From positions 1 through 42,468 of the forward strand of contig JAFQIC010000049.1 of assembly GCA_017397745.1 (NCBI GenBank): 42,468 nucleotides of DNA. Reading direction: 5' to 3'. The translations under genes were made by a program, and so were the position numbers. The notes beneath the pieces are model-generated. The model was given only the letters and a program-made list of their open reading frames with translations, ran no database searches and was not told where the DNA came from. Each line of letters begins with the position of its first letter. Position 1 is the stretch's first letter. This DNA comes from Bacilli bacterium (lineage in GTDB: Bacteria > Bacillota_I > Bacilli_A > RF39 > UBA660). This document shows positions 30,674 through 40,303 of the stretch, in pieces.

Positions 30674-31508
30674 AAAAAGTAAATATGGAAATTTATATAT
30701 AGTTCCAACACCTATAGGAAATCTTGATGATATAACTATTCGTGCTTTAAATACACTTAAAGAAGTAGATTATATTTTATCTGAAGACACACGTGTAACA
30801 TTGGTTTTATTAAATAAATACGAAATAAAAAAGAAACTTTGTACTTGCCATAAATTTAATGAAGCAAAAATAAAAGATAAGGTATTAAATGATTTAAAAA
30901 ATGGGCTAAATATTGCTCTTGTTACTGATAGAGGCACTCCTTTAATTAGTGATCCTGGTTCAGTTATTGTTAAAAGTTGTATTGATAATGAAATAAATGT
31001 TATAGCTCTTCCTGGTCCAAGTGCGTTATTGCCGGCTTTAAATGTATCTGGTTTAGATACAGAAAAATTCTTGTTTTATGGATTTTTAAGCAACAAAGAA
31101 ACTGAAAGAAAAAAAGAACTTGAGATGTTAAAAGAAGTAAAATTTACAATAGTTTTATACGAATCACCTCATAGACTTCCTAAAACTTTACAAAATATGC
31201 GTAAAATTTTAGGAAATAGGCAAATAATTATTTCCCGGGAAATAACTAAGAGGTATGAAGAGGTATTTAGAGGTACAATTGAAGAAGCAATAGAAGTATA
31301 TAAAAATATTCTTGGTGAAATAGTAATAGTAGTAGAAAAAAATAATGAAAAAGATATAATAAATGAAGAAAATCTAATTAAGGAAGTTGATAATTTAGTT
31401 AAAAGTGGTTTGAGAAAAAAAGAGGCAATAAAAATAGTAGCTGAAAAATTTAACTTTTCTAAAAATTTATTATATAATATGTACGAAATGCATGAAAGGA
31501 AAAATTAA
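30654..31508 (+). CDS. rsmI: 16S rRNA (cytidine1402-2'-O)-methyltransferase
   Basis: Contains GNLYIVPTPIGNLDDIT, EDTR, SDPG and ISREITK motifs. ATG 30654 is preferred over 30639. Confidence 0.93.
   Translation: MIQKSYEKSKYGNLYIVPTPIGNLDDITIRALNTLKEVDYILSEDTRVTLVLLNKYEIKKKLCTCHKFNEAKIKDKVLNDLKNGLNIALVTDRGTPLISDPGSVIVKSCIDNEINVIALPGPSALLPALNVSGLDTEKFLFYGFLSNKETERKKELEMLKEVKFTIVLYESPHRLPKTLQNMRKILGNRQIIISREITKRYEEVFRGTIEEAIEVYKNILGEIVIVVEKNNEKDIINEENLIKEVDNLVKSGLRKKEAIKIVAEKFNFSKNLLYNMYEMHERKN
31229..31244. promoter_or_regulatory. Noc-binding site, perfect TATTTCCCGGGAAATA, inside the rsmI coding sequence
   Basis: Formed by the codons ATT ATT TCC CGG GAA ATA (I I S R E I). TCC and CGG are unusual choices in a gene set that mostly uses AGA for Arg. 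Confidence 0.65.
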
Positions 31509-32056
31509 TGAAACTTATAGTAGGTCTTGGAAATCCAGGTAAAGATTACGAAAATACGAGACATAATGTTGGATTTTTATTTATTGATAATTTCTTAAAA
31601 AAGAAAGCTTTAAAAACAAAGAAAAAATTTAATTCTTTATATGCTGAATATAACATAGATAATGAAAAAATTATTCTTTTGAAGCCACAAACTTATATGA
31701 ATTTATCGGGCATCGCAGTAAAAAAATACGTAGATTATTTTAATATTAAAATAGAAGATATTTTAATTATATATGATGATATGGATTTTGAAACTGGGAC
31801 ATTTAAAATAAAACCAACCGGTTCTTCTGGTGGTCACAACGGAATTAAAAATATTCTTGATAATTTAGGCACACAAAATATTAAAAGGATTAGGATAGGT
31901 ATATCTAAAACAAAAAATGATAAAATAGACTATGTAATAGGAAAATTTAGAAAAGAAGAAAAAGAAAAAATAACTAATATTATAGAAATTAGTGATAAAA
32001 TCATTGAAGACTTTATTAAATTATCTTTTAGTGATTTTATGAATAAATATAATTAA
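31508..32056 (+). CDS. pth: Peptidyl-tRNA hydrolase
   Basis: Starts MKLIVGLGNPGKDYENTRHNVGF, with GSSGGHNGIKNI. 182 aa. Confidence 0.97.
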   Translation: MKLIVGLGNPGKDYENTRHNVGFLFIDNFLKKKALKTKKKFNSLYAEYNIDNEKIILLKPQTYMNLSGIAVKKYVDYFNIKIEDILIIYDDMDFETGTFKIKPTGSSGGHNGIKNILDNLGTQNIKRIRIGISKTKNDKIDYVIGKFRKEEKEKITNIIEISDKIIEDFIKLSFSDFMNKYN

Positions 32057-32064
32057 GGATAATT

Positions 32065-35000
32065 ATGGAAAAATTATTTAATAATTTATTTAATTTTAAA
32101 ATTGAAAATAATTTGAGAATTTCAATAACAAAAAATGAAATATATAATCAACTTTTATTATATATCTTTTTTTCTGTGCAAAAAGACATAATTATATTAA
32201 CATCTAATTTAAATGAAGCAAATAATATATATATAAATTTAAAAAATTATTTAGATAATGTGTTTATTTTTCCAGAAGATGATTACTTAACTAAAAAAGC
32301 TATAGCCGTTTCACCTGAACTTTTGTTTTTAAGGCTTAAATTATTAAATAATTTGCAAAATAAAAATAAAAAAATAGTAATATGTCATTTAAACAGTTTT
32401 TTAAAAAAATTAGATAATCCTAATGATTATTCTAGTAAAGCAATTAAAATAAAATTAAAAGATAAAATAAATAGAGAAAACATAATAGAAAAACTTTTAA
32501 ATATTGGTTATAAAAAAGAGACTTTAGTTACAAATACAGGAGAATTTTCTATTAGAGGTTTTGTATTAGATATTTTTCCAATAGATGAAGAACACCCATA
32601 TAGAATTGAACTATTTGATGATGAAGTTGAAAATATCAAAAGTTTTAATGAAAATACTCAATTATCTACAGAAAATAAAAATGAATTAATAGTACTTCCA
32701 ATAAAAGATGATTATGAAAATGTTTCAAGTACAATAATTGATTATTTGGATAATCCTTTAGTTATAGTAGATAATTATAATCAAATATTAAATGCAGAAG
32801 AAAATTTAAAAGAACAAATAAGATATTATGATGAAGATTTTTCTAAATATTTTAATTTAAAAGATATAAAAATGGGAAATATTTTATATATAGAGAGTAT
32901 AAATAACGGTCAAGGTGACTACTGCTTCATTTCAGAAGAAAATAAAAACTATAATGAGAATATAAAAGAATTTATAAAAGATATACAAAAAGAAAAAAAT
33001 TCTATATTATTTACTACTAATAAAAAATTAATTGATAAAATAATAGAAAATAATATTAATGTAAAAATAATAAAAGAAGAAATTAATAGGGGATTTAAAT
33101 TTAATAATATAAGGTATTTTTCTACTAATGATTTAAAAAAATCTACAAATAAATCATTATTTCAAACAAATTATAAGTTAGGAAAAAGAATCCAATCTAT
33201 AGATAAAATAAAAGAAGGAGACTATGTAGTACACAAAAATAGTGGTATTGGTGTATACATGGGAATAAAGGTATTAAATAAAAATGGTGTAAAAAAAGAC
33301 TATATTTATATAAAATATAAAGGTAATGATAAATTATATTTACCTGTAGAGGATATAAACAAGTTATATAAATATTCATCAAAAGAAGGTAGCAAACCTA
33401 AAATACATAGTTTAAATAGTAATGAATGGAAGAAAACTAAACTAAAAATAAAAGGAAAAATAAAAGAAATAACCAATGAACTTATAAATATTTACAAAAA
33501 TAGAGCGGTTTCTTTAATAGAACCATTTAATAAAGAAAATCATTTAGAGGAAATTTTTGCAAGTGAATTTGAATACGAACCTACTATTGATCAAATAAAA
33601 TCTTATAATGAAATAAAAAGCGACATGGAAATGACAAAACCTATGGAAAGACTTCTATGTGGAGATGTAGGCTACGGAAAAACTGAAGTAATATTTAGAT
33701 CAATGTTTAAAGCAGTTGTTAATGAAAAACAAGTTATGTATTTATGTCCTACAACACTTTTATCTCATCAACAATATAGTTCCGCATTAAATAGATTTAA
33801 AAATTTTCCAATAAATATAGCTGTTTTAAATAGATTTACAACAAAAAAAGAAGTTAAAGAAATACTTAATAAATTAAAAGAAAAAAAGATAGATATTATT
33901 TTTGGAACACATAGATTATTAAGTGGTGACTTAGAATTTAAAGATCTTGGTCTTGTAGTTATTGATGAAGAACAAAGATTTGGTGTTGAACATAAAGAAA
34001 AAATAAAAAAATATAAATCTAATGTTCATGTTTTATCTGTTTCTGCAACACCAATACCAAGATCACTACAAATGTCTTTGGTAGGTATAAGAGATTTATC
34101 CTTAATTGAAACACCACCAAAAAATAGATATCCAGTACAAACATATGTAATAAATTATGATGAAAGAATATTAAGAGAAGTAGTACTTAAAGAACTTGCG
34201 AGAAATGGTCAAGTATTTATTCTTTATAATAAAATCGAAGATATGCAGACTTTAACTGAAAAATATAAATTATTAATTCCAGAAGCTAAAATAACATATG
34301 CCCATGGTTCCATGAGCAAAGAAAAAATTCAAGATATAATGTTTGATTTTGTAAGTGGAGAATATAATGTATTAATAAGTACAACTATTATAGAAAATGG
34401 AATAGACATTCCAAATGCCAATACTATAATAATAATGGACTGTGATAGGTTTGGACTTGCTCAACTTTATCAAATTAGGGGAAGAGTAGGAAGAAGTGAT
34501 AAAATAGCGTATGCTTATCTTATGTATGAAAAACATAAAATTTTAACTGAAACAGCTGTAAAAAGGTTGAATGCTATTAAAGAATTTACAGACTTAGGTA
34601 GTGGATATAAAATAGCTATGAGAGATTTAAGTATAAGAGGAGCTGGAGATCTTTTAGGTAGGGAACAAGCGGGATTTATAGATTCAGTTGGAGTTGACAT
34701 GTATTTAGATTTAATAAATGAAGAAATAAATAATTCTTCAGAAGAAAAAGAAAACATTATTAATTTAGACGATGTATCAAATCATATAGATGATAAATAT
34801 TCAACAGAAGATGAAATAATAATTGAACTACATCAAAAAATAAACTTAATAAAAAACAAAGAAGAATTAAATAATTTAGTAGAAGAAATAAAAGATAGAT
34901 TTGGATTTTTAGATGAAAATTTAAAATTATATATATATCAAGAATATTTAGAATCTATTTTAAATAATTTAAAAATAGATGTGCTTTCAAATACAGAAAG

Positions 35001-35217
35001 ATTAATTTCATTAAAAATAACTGATAAAATTTATAAATCTTTAAATATTGAAGAGCTTTTTATAAAAGCCTTACAAATATCTACTAAGTTTAACTTTAAA
35101 TATAAAAATAATTTTATAGAAATAAGTATTCAAAAAAATAATTTAGAAGAAAGTTATATTTATTATTTACTTAAATTATTAGAATATATTCAAAAACAAA
35201 TTAAAACTACTGATTAA
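32065..35217 (+). CDS. mfd: Transcription-repair coupling factor
   Basis: 1050 aa. UvrB-homology N-terminus, the CarD/RID segment ([14 protein letters not shown]), superfamily-2 helicase motifs ([29 protein letters not shown]) and a TRG motif. Confidence 0.97.
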   Translation: MEKLFNNLFNFKIENNLRISITKNEIYNQLLLYIFFSVQKDIIILTSNLNEANNIYINLKNYLDNVFIFPEDDYLTKKAIAVSPELLFLRLKLLNNLQNKNKKIVICHLNSFLKKLDNPNDYSSKAIKIKLKDKINRENIIEKLLNIGYKKETLVTNTGEFSIRGFVLDIFPIDEEHPYRIELFDDEVENIKSFNENTQLSTENKNELIVLPIKDDYENVSSTIIDYLDNPLVIVDNYNQILNAEENLKEQIRYYDEDFSKYFNLKDIKMGNILYIESINNGQGDYCFISEENKNYNENIKEFIKDIQKEKNSILFTTNKKLIDKIIENNINVKIIKEEINRGFKFNNIRYFSTNDLKKSTNKSLFQTNYKLGKRIQSIDKIKEGDYVVHKNSGIGVYMGIKVLNKNGVKKDYIYIKYKGNDKLYLPVEDINKLYKYSSKEGSKPKIHSLNSNEWKKTKLKIKGKIKEITNELINIYKNRAVSLIEPFNKENHLEEIFASEFEYEPTIDQIKSYNEIKSDMEMTKPMERLLCGDVGYGKTEVIFRSMFKAVVNEKQVMYLCPTTLLSHQQYSSALNRFKNFPINIAVLNRFTTKKEVKEILNKLKEKKIDIIFGTHRLLSGDLEFKDLGLVVIDEEQRFGVEHKEKIKKYKSNVHVLSVSATPIPRSLQMSLVGIRDLSLIETPPKNRYPVQTYVINYDERILREVVLKELARNGQVFILYNKIEDMQTLTEKYKLLIPEAKITYAHGSMSKEKIQDIMFDFVSGEYNVLISTTIIENGIDIPNANTIIIMDCDRFGLAQLYQIRGRVGRSDKIAYAYLMYEKHKILTETAVKRLNAIKEFTDLGSGYKIAMRDLSIRGAGDLLGREQAGFIDSVGVDMYLDLINEEINNSSEEKENIINLDDVSNHIDDKYSTEDEIIIELHQKINLIKNKEELNNLVEEIKDRFGFLDENLKLYIYQEYLESILNNLKIDVLSNTERLISLKITDKIYKSLNIEELFIKALQISTKFNFKYKNNFIEISIQKNNLEESYIYYLLKLLEYIQKQIKTTD

Positions 35218-35231
35218 TTTTCAGTAGTTTT
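35203..35231. terminator. Hairpin formed by the overlapping 3' ends of the convergent mfd and ppa genes
   Basis: Arms AAAACTACTGA (35203-35213) and TCAGTAGTTTT (35221-35231) flank a 7-nt loop. That loop holds both stop codons: mfd TAA at 35215-35217 and ppa TAA on the minus strand at 35214-35216. Confidence 0.5.
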
Positions 35232-35723
35232 AACATTTAAATACCTTTGTTTACAATTTTCTATAAGTTCTATTGCTTCTTCTTTAGAATGAAATTCACC
35301 AATTTCAACATTTATATTTTGTAAGGTTTTATAATTTGAAAAAAAGTCTTTTATTTCAGTTCTTTGATGCTCAGGAATATCATCAAGAGAGTTAATGTGA
35401 TTAAACCTAGGATCTTTATCAATAACAGCAATAACTTTTTCATCTCCTTCGCCATTATCAATAACACTTAAGTATCCTACAACTCTAGCATCTACAACAC
35501 ATCCTGGAAATGTTGGATATGAGCTTATTACTAATATATCTAATGGATCTTTATCTAAAGAAAGAGTGTTTTCTATAAAACCATATTCTCCAGGATATGT
35601 AAGCGCAGAATATAAAACTCTATCTAACTTTATGCGATTAGACTCTTTATTTATTTCAAATTTATTTTTAGTACCTAAAGGTATTTCAATTATTGATTCT
35701 ACAACATATTTCATCTTATTCAC
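35214..35723 (-). CDS. ppa: Inorganic pyrophosphatase, family I
   Basis: 169 aa. Contains YPGEYGFIENTLSLDKDPLDILV and the acidic metal-binding signature of soluble family I PPases. Confidence 0.93.
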   Translation of the reverse strand: MNKMKYVVESIIEIPLGTKNKFEINKESNRIKLDRVLYSALTYPGEYGFIENTLSLDKDPLDILVISSYPTFPGCVVDARVVGYLSVIDNGEGDEKVIAVIDKDPRFNHINSLDDIPEHQRTEIKDFFSNYKTLQNINVEIGEFHSKEEAIELIENCKQRYLNVKTTEN

Positions 35724-35817
35724 CTTAAAATAAGTATATATTTAATAAAATGAAAAGTCAATAAATGGTGTATAAAATAAATATTATTAAGTAAACTAAA
35801 CATTAGGGTGATAACAC

Positions 35818-36327
35818 GTGAAATCAACTGGAATTATTAGAAAAATAGATGAATTAGGTAGAATAGTTATACCAAAAGAAATAAGGAAAACTTTAAATAT
35901 AAAAGAATCTGAAGATTTAGAAATATTTATAGAAGAAGATAAAATAATATTAAAAAAATATTATAGAATGAATAATTTTAAAGATAAAACAATTAAATTT
36001 ATAGAAATATTTAAAAACTATGTAAGTGGAACATTTATTTTAACTGACAGAGAAAATGTTTTATATGGTATAACTGATGATGATAAAAAACTTTCTATAA
36101 AATATTTAAATACACTAAATGAAAGAAAAAAAATTTTAAATAATGAAAACATACAACTAGAAATAACAAATACATTAAAAAAAGTAACAAAATATATAAT
36201 ATTTCCATTAATTTCAGATACAGATTTGCTTGGAAGTTTATTATATATTTCAAATGAAAAAATAACAGATAATGATATTATAATTTTAAATATACTTTTA
36301 ACACTTATAAAATATGAAATGGATTGA
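35818..36327 (+). CDS. spoVT: Stage V sporulation protein T (AbrB-type N-terminal domain plus GAF-like C-terminal domain)
   Basis: KSTGIIRKIDELGRIVIPKEIRKTLNIKESEDLEIF matches the SpoVT/AbrB swapped-hairpin domain. A length of 169 aa with a C-terminal domain favours SpoVT over AbrB. mfd-spoVT neighbourhood as in Bacillus. Confidence 0.85.
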   Translation: MKSTGIIRKIDELGRIVIPKEIRKTLNIKESEDLEIFIEEDKIILKKYYRMNNFKDKTIKFIEIFKNYVSGTFILTDRENVLYGITDDDKKLSIKYLNTLNERKKILNNENIQLEITNTLKKVTKYIIFPLISDTDLLGSLLYISNEKITDNDIIILNILLTLIKYEMD

Positions 36328-36352
36328 TAAAATAAAAAATATGTGTTATACT
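36324..36352 (+). promoter_or_regulatory. Candidate sigma-A promoter of the T-box leader
   Basis: TTGATA (36324-36329), a 17-nt spacer ending in TGT (extended -10), then TATACT (36347-36352). Overlaps the spoVT stop codon. Confidence 0.5.
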
Positions 36353-36359
36353 TTTTTAA

Positions 36360-36556
36360 GTTTAAGCAGTGAAGAAGTGTGTAAATATTGATTCTTTTAA
36401 AGAGAGCTTTGGTTGGTGTAAAAAGTAAAGATAGATATTGAGTATGGCTTTGGAGTTTAACCGTAGAAAAGGCGTTAACTTATAAAGTGTGTGATTATTC
36501 ACGAATTAAGGTGGTACCGCGGGGATTTGCCTCGTCCTTTGATTCGTGTTTTTTTG
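36360..36556 (+). promoter_or_regulatory. T-box riboswitch leader (probable Met specifier)
   Basis: Stem I elements: GA/K-turn region AGTGAAGAAG, AGAGAG bulge (36401-36406), and distal loop GGTTGGTGTAAAA. Specifier-loop candidate GAGT-ATG-G, with ATG at 36444-36446. T-box sequence AATTAAGGTGGTACCGCGG (36504-36522). Terminator arms at 36500-36511 and 36536-36548, followed by T7 (36549-36555). Confidence 0.85.
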
Positions 36557-36571
36557 TGTTATGGAGGACAA

Positions 36572-37066
36572 ATGAGAAAATTTGAAAAAATAAGCTTTGA
36601 AGAATTTAAAAAAAGTGTGTGTGATGACATAAAATTATATGAAAACTTTAATTTACCAAAAAGACAAACCAAATATAGTGCTGGATATGATTTTGAATCT
36701 ATTATAGAATATACACTTAAACCTGGAGAAACTGTGAAAATACCACTTGGTATAAAAGTATGCATGAATGAAGATGAAATGCTTATGCTGTTAGTAAGAA
36801 GCAGTATGGGATTTAAAAATAATGTGCGGATGTGTAATCAAGTTGGTATTATAGAAAGTGATTATTATAATAATGAAAGTAATGAAGGGCATATGTTTAT
36901 AAAACTTCATAATCACGGTAAAGAAGATTTTCAAATAAAAAAAGGTGATAGAATATGCCAAGGAATTTTTACAAAATTTTTAATTGTAGATAATGAAGAA
37001 AGTATAGAAAATAAAAGAACCGGAGGAATGGGTTCAACAAATAAAGGAGAAAAAAATGGAAAATAA
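36572..37066 (+). CDS. dut: dUTP diphosphatase (trimeric Dut family, YncF/YosS-like)
   Basis: Motifs SAGYDF, VRSSMG, GIIESDYY, GDRICQG and the C-terminal RTGGMGSTNKG. ATG 36572 follows GGAGGA. The track start at 36491 reads through the T-box terminator. Confidence 0.88.
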   Translation: MRKFEKISFEEFKKSVCDDIKLYENFNLPKRQTKYSAGYDFESIIEYTLKPGETVKIPLGIKVCMNEDEMLMLLVRSSMGFKNNVRMCNQVGIIESDYYNNESNEGHMFIKLHNHGKEDFQIKKGDRICQGIFTKFLIVDNEESIENKRTGGMGSTNKGEKNGK

Positions 37067-38603
37067 AAAATTTTATATAACAACACCAATATATTATCCA
37101 AGTGCAAATTTCCATATTGGTCATTGTTATACAACTATAATTGCAGATGCAATCGCAAGATATAAAAGATTAGATGGATATGATACTTATTTTTTAACTG
37201 GTTCAGATGAACATGGACAAAAAATCCAAAAAAAAGCAGAAGAAGCTGGTGTTTCACCACAAGAATATGTTGATAAAATAGTAGATAATGCGAAAGATTT
37301 ATGGAAAGAACTTGGTATAAGTTATGACCAATTTATTAGAACAACAGATAAAAACCATAAAAAAATAGTACAAAAAATATTTACTAAATTATATGAACAA
37401 GGAGATATTTATAAAGGAGAATATAAAGGGCTTTATTGTACTCCATGTGAATCTTTTTGGACAGAGTCACAACTAAATGAAGGAAAATGTCCTGATTGTG
37501 GAAGAGATGTTCATGAAGTAACAGAAGAAGCATACTTCTTTAAATTATCAAAATATCAAAAAAGATTAGAAGAACATATAGAAGAGCATCCAGAATTTAT
37601 ACAGCCTGTATCAAGAAAAAATGAAATGATTAATAACTTTATAAAACCGGGTTTAGAAGATTTATGTGTTTCAAGAACAAGTTTTACTTGGGGAGTTCCA
37701 GTAGAATTTGATAAGGGACATGTTGTTTATGTATGGATAGATGCACTTTCTAATTATATTAGTGCACTAGGATACTTAAGTGAAGATGATAGTTTATTTA
37801 AAAAATATTGGCCTGCTGATATACATTTAGTAGGAAAAGAAATTGTAAGATTTCACACAATAATTTGGCCAATTATCCTAATGGCTTTAGATTTACCTTT
37901 GCCTAGTCAAGTTTTTGGCCATGGATGGTTAATAATAGATGGAGGAAAAATATCAAAAAGCTTAGGAAATTATAAAGATCCAAGAGAATATATAAAAGAT
38001 TATGGTGTTGATGCATTAAGATATTTTGTTTTAAGAGAAGTTCCTTTTGGAAGCGATGGAAACTTTAGTGAAAGTGCACTTATTGATAGAATTAATGGAG
38101 ATCTTGCAAATATACTAGGAAACTTAGTAAATAGAACTGTAGGAATGGTTAATAAATACTTTGATAAAATAGTACCTGAGCAAAAAGAATTACAAGAAAT
38201 TGATAAAAACTTAATAGAAAACGCTATAACATTAAAAGATAGAGTTGATAAAAATATAGAATCTTTAGATATAAGTTCTGCTTTAGAAGAAATAATAGAA
38301 TTATGTAGAAAATGCAATAAATATATAGATGAAACAGAACCATGGGTACTTGCAAAATCAGATGAATTAAAAGAAAGATTAGGAACAGTTTTATACAATT
38401 TACTAGATAGTATAAGAATTGTTTCAACAATGTTAATACCTTTTCTTCCAACAACTAGTGATTTAATATTTAAAGAACTTAATATTGATATAAATTCATT
38501 TGATAAAGTTAAAGAGTTTAATGTATTAAAATCAGAAACTACTTTAAATGAACCAGTAATTTTATTTAATAGAGTAGATAAAAAAGAAAAATTAGGCGAA
38601 TAA
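37056..38603 (+). CDS. metG: Methionine-tRNA ligase (short form without the C-terminal tRNA-binding appendix)
   Basis: HIGH-type motif (ANFHIGH), CPxCG zinc knuckles (CTPCES...CPDCGR) and KISKS (KMSKS). 515 aa. The start overlaps the dut 3' end by 11 nt. Confidence 0.96.
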   Translation: MENKKFYITTPIYYPSANFHIGHCYTTIIADAIARYKRLDGYDTYFLTGSDEHGQKIQKKAEEAGVSPQEYVDKIVDNAKDLWKELGISYDQFIRTTDKNHKKIVQKIFTKLYEQGDIYKGEYKGLYCTPCESFWTESQLNEGKCPDCGRDVHEVTEEAYFFKLSKYQKRLEEHIEEHPEFIQPVSRKNEMINNFIKPGLEDLCVSRTSFTWGVPVEFDKGHVVYVWIDALSNYISALGYLSEDDSLFKKYWPADIHLVGKEIVRFHTIIWPIILMALDLPLPSQVFGHGWLIIDGGKISKSLGNYKDPREYIKDYGVDALRYFVLREVPFGSDGNFSESALIDRINGDLANILGNLVNRTVGMVNKYFDKIVPEQKELQEIDKNLIENAITLKDRVDKNIESLDISSALEEIIELCRKCNKYIDETEPWVLAKSDELKERLGTVLYNLLDSIRIVSTMLIPFLPTTSDLIFKELNIDINSFDKVKEFNVLKSETTLNEPVILFNRVDKKEKLGE

Positions 38604-38693
38604 TGTAAAAATATGTAAAATAAAGAAAAATAAAAGAAGTTTACTTGAAATAGAATTTAATAGTTGTTATTATTGTTCATGGAGAGAAAAAAT

Positions 38694-38879
38694 ATGAAAA
38701 AGATTAGTACTTTTAGTTGTAAAGGTAGTAAGAAGTTTCTAGTAAATACGCTCTTAGTAATAGTATTAACAACTATTATTTTAGTTTCATTTGAGCAAGA
38801 AAGGATTAGTGATTATATATTTATAGTATTATTTAGTTACTATTTTTTAAAACTAGGATATTATAAATATATAAATTAA
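38694..38879 (+). CDS. Small hypothetical two-TM membrane protein
   Basis: ATG 38694 follows GGAGAG. 61 aa with two hydrophobic segments. No recognisable family. Confidence 0.4.
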   Translation: MKKISTFSCKGSKKFLVNTLLVIVLTTIILVSFEQERISDYIFIVLFSYYFLKLGYYKYIN

Positions 38880-38886
38880 TTAAGAT

Positions 38887-39645
38887 ATGTTAGTAGATAC
38901 ACATGCACATGTATACAAAGAAAATTATGAAAATCTTGAAGAAGTATTAAAAAATGCAAAAGAAAAAAATGTTTTAAAAATATTTAATTGTGCTGAAAAT
39001 GTAAAAACATCAATGGAAATAATATCATTATCTAAAAAGTATAATGATTTTTTATATGCAATAGTTGGAATTCATCCTGAAAATGTCGATGGTATTAATA
39101 AAAAAGATTTATTAGTTTTAGAAAAATTAATAAAAGAAAATAAAATTTTAGGAATTGGAGAAATTGGGCTAGATTATCATTATGAAGGATTTGATAAAGA
39201 AAAACAAATTAAATTATTTGAAAAAATGTTAGATCTTGCTACTACATATAATTTACCAGTAATAGTGCATTCTAGAGATGCAACTTTAGATACAATAAAT
39301 ATTTTAAAAAAATATAATTTAAAAGGAATAATTCATTGTTTTAATGGAAGCCTAGAAATCGCTCGAGAATATATTAAAATGGGATATCTACTTGGTATAA
39401 ATGGAATTGTAACATTTAAAAATTGCAAATTAATTGAAGTTATTAAAGAAATAGGAATAAATAATATTGTATTTGAAACAGACTGTCCATTTTTAACACC
39501 CGAACCATATAGAAAATATAAAAATGAACCTAAATATATATATGATACAATGAAATTTGTTAGCGATTCATTAAAAATAGATTTTAGAGAATTAGAAATA
39601 ACAGTACTTAGTAATATAAAAAGAGTTTTTAATATAGACTTATGA
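38887..39645 (+). CDS. tatD: TatD-family metal-dependent DNase/hydrolase (YabD)
   Basis: Starts MLVDTHAHV, with GEIGLDYHY, VIVHSRDA and ETDCPFLTP motifs. Follows metG as in Bacillus. Confidence 0.93.
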   Translation: MLVDTHAHVYKENYENLEEVLKNAKEKNVLKIFNCAENVKTSMEIISLSKKYNDFLYAIVGIHPENVDGINKKDLLVLEKLIKENKILGIGEIGLDYHYEGFDKEKQIKLFEKMLDLATTYNLPVIVHSRDATLDTINILKKYNLKGIIHCFNGSLEIAREYIKMGYLLGINGIVTFKNCKLIEVIKEIGINNIVFETDCPFLTPEPYRKYKNEPKYIYDTMKFVSDSLKIDFRELEITVLSNIKRVFNIDL

Positions 39646-39700
39646 TTTTTGACATATAAATAGCCTTATGATATAATTTTTATGCCTAAGAGGTGAAAAA

Positions 39701-40303
39701 ATGGTTTATAAACCGAAAAATTTTGTAAAATATTTGAAATTAATTCCTTTATTTTCTTTTATATTTTTAATACAACAAACAAGTATGGTATTAAGTAGTG
39801 AAGAAATAAAAGTTAAAAATGAAAACTTTAATAAAATAGCAGAAAAAGAAATTATTGAAGAAGAAAAAATAAATGTTTATATTGATAAATATATATCTGA
39901 TCCTTCTAAGGGATTTAATGTAACTGAAGGAAATAACACATATTCTTTAACAAACGAAGAAATAGTTTTATTAAGTGCAGTAATAGCATCTGAAGCTAAC
40001 AGAAATAGTATAGATGATACTCTTGCAGTTGCTTCTGTAATTTTAAATAGAGCAGACTTGAAAGGAATAAGTCCTATAGATGTAATAACTGCTCCTGGTC
40101 AATTTTCTGGATATTTAGGTGATTATTATTTGAGATATATAGATGAAAATGGAAGTTTAAAAAACGTAAGTGATGCATTTATAAATACAGTTTATGATTC
40201 ATTAAATGGTGTGAGAAATAATATGTATTATAGTTTTAGATCTTGGAGCACAACAGGATATAGTGATAACTATATAGTTGAATATGGAAATAGGTATAAT
40301 TAA
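39701..40303 (+). CDS. SleB/CwlJ-family (Hydrolase_2) cell-wall hydrolase with N-terminal anchor
   Basis: N-terminal TM/signal segment. C-terminal domain LLSAVIASEANRNSIDDTLAVASVILNRAD...APGQFSG is typical of spore-cortex-lytic Hydrolase_2 proteins. Confidence 0.75.
   Translation: MVYKPKNFVKYLKLIPLFSFIFLIQQTSMVLSSEEIKVKNENFNKIAEKEIIEEEKINVYIDKYISDPSKGFNVTEGNNTYSLTNEEIVLLSAVIASEANRNSIDDTLAVASVILNRADLKGISPIDVITAPGQFSGYLGDYYLRYIDENGSLKNVSDAFINTVYDSLNGVRNNMYYSFRSWSTTGYSDNYIVEYGNRYN

Noticed and set aside
35810-35825. CACGTG core at the spoVT start, considered as a possible parS site.
   Set aside because: Only the right half (GTGAAATC) partly resembles parS. The left half (GATAACAC) does not. 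The motif coincides with the Shine-Dalgarno and GTG start of spoVT.
36441-36447. Reading the T-box specifier as UAU (Tyr) rather than AUG (Met).
   Set aside because: Tentatively rejected because the operon contains metG and AUG is followed by a purine. Covariance-model alignment is needed to settle it.
36491-36571. N-terminal extension of the dut ORF (MIIHELRWYRGDLPRPLIRVFLCYGGQ). Similar upstream extensions appear in the track for dnaA, comK-like, recF, recR, ricT, rsmI, rpoE, spoIIR, noc and yabG.
   Set aside because: The dut extension reads through the T-box sequence and the terminator. In every case an internal ATG or GTG with a proper Shine-Dalgarno gives an N-terminus matching the family.
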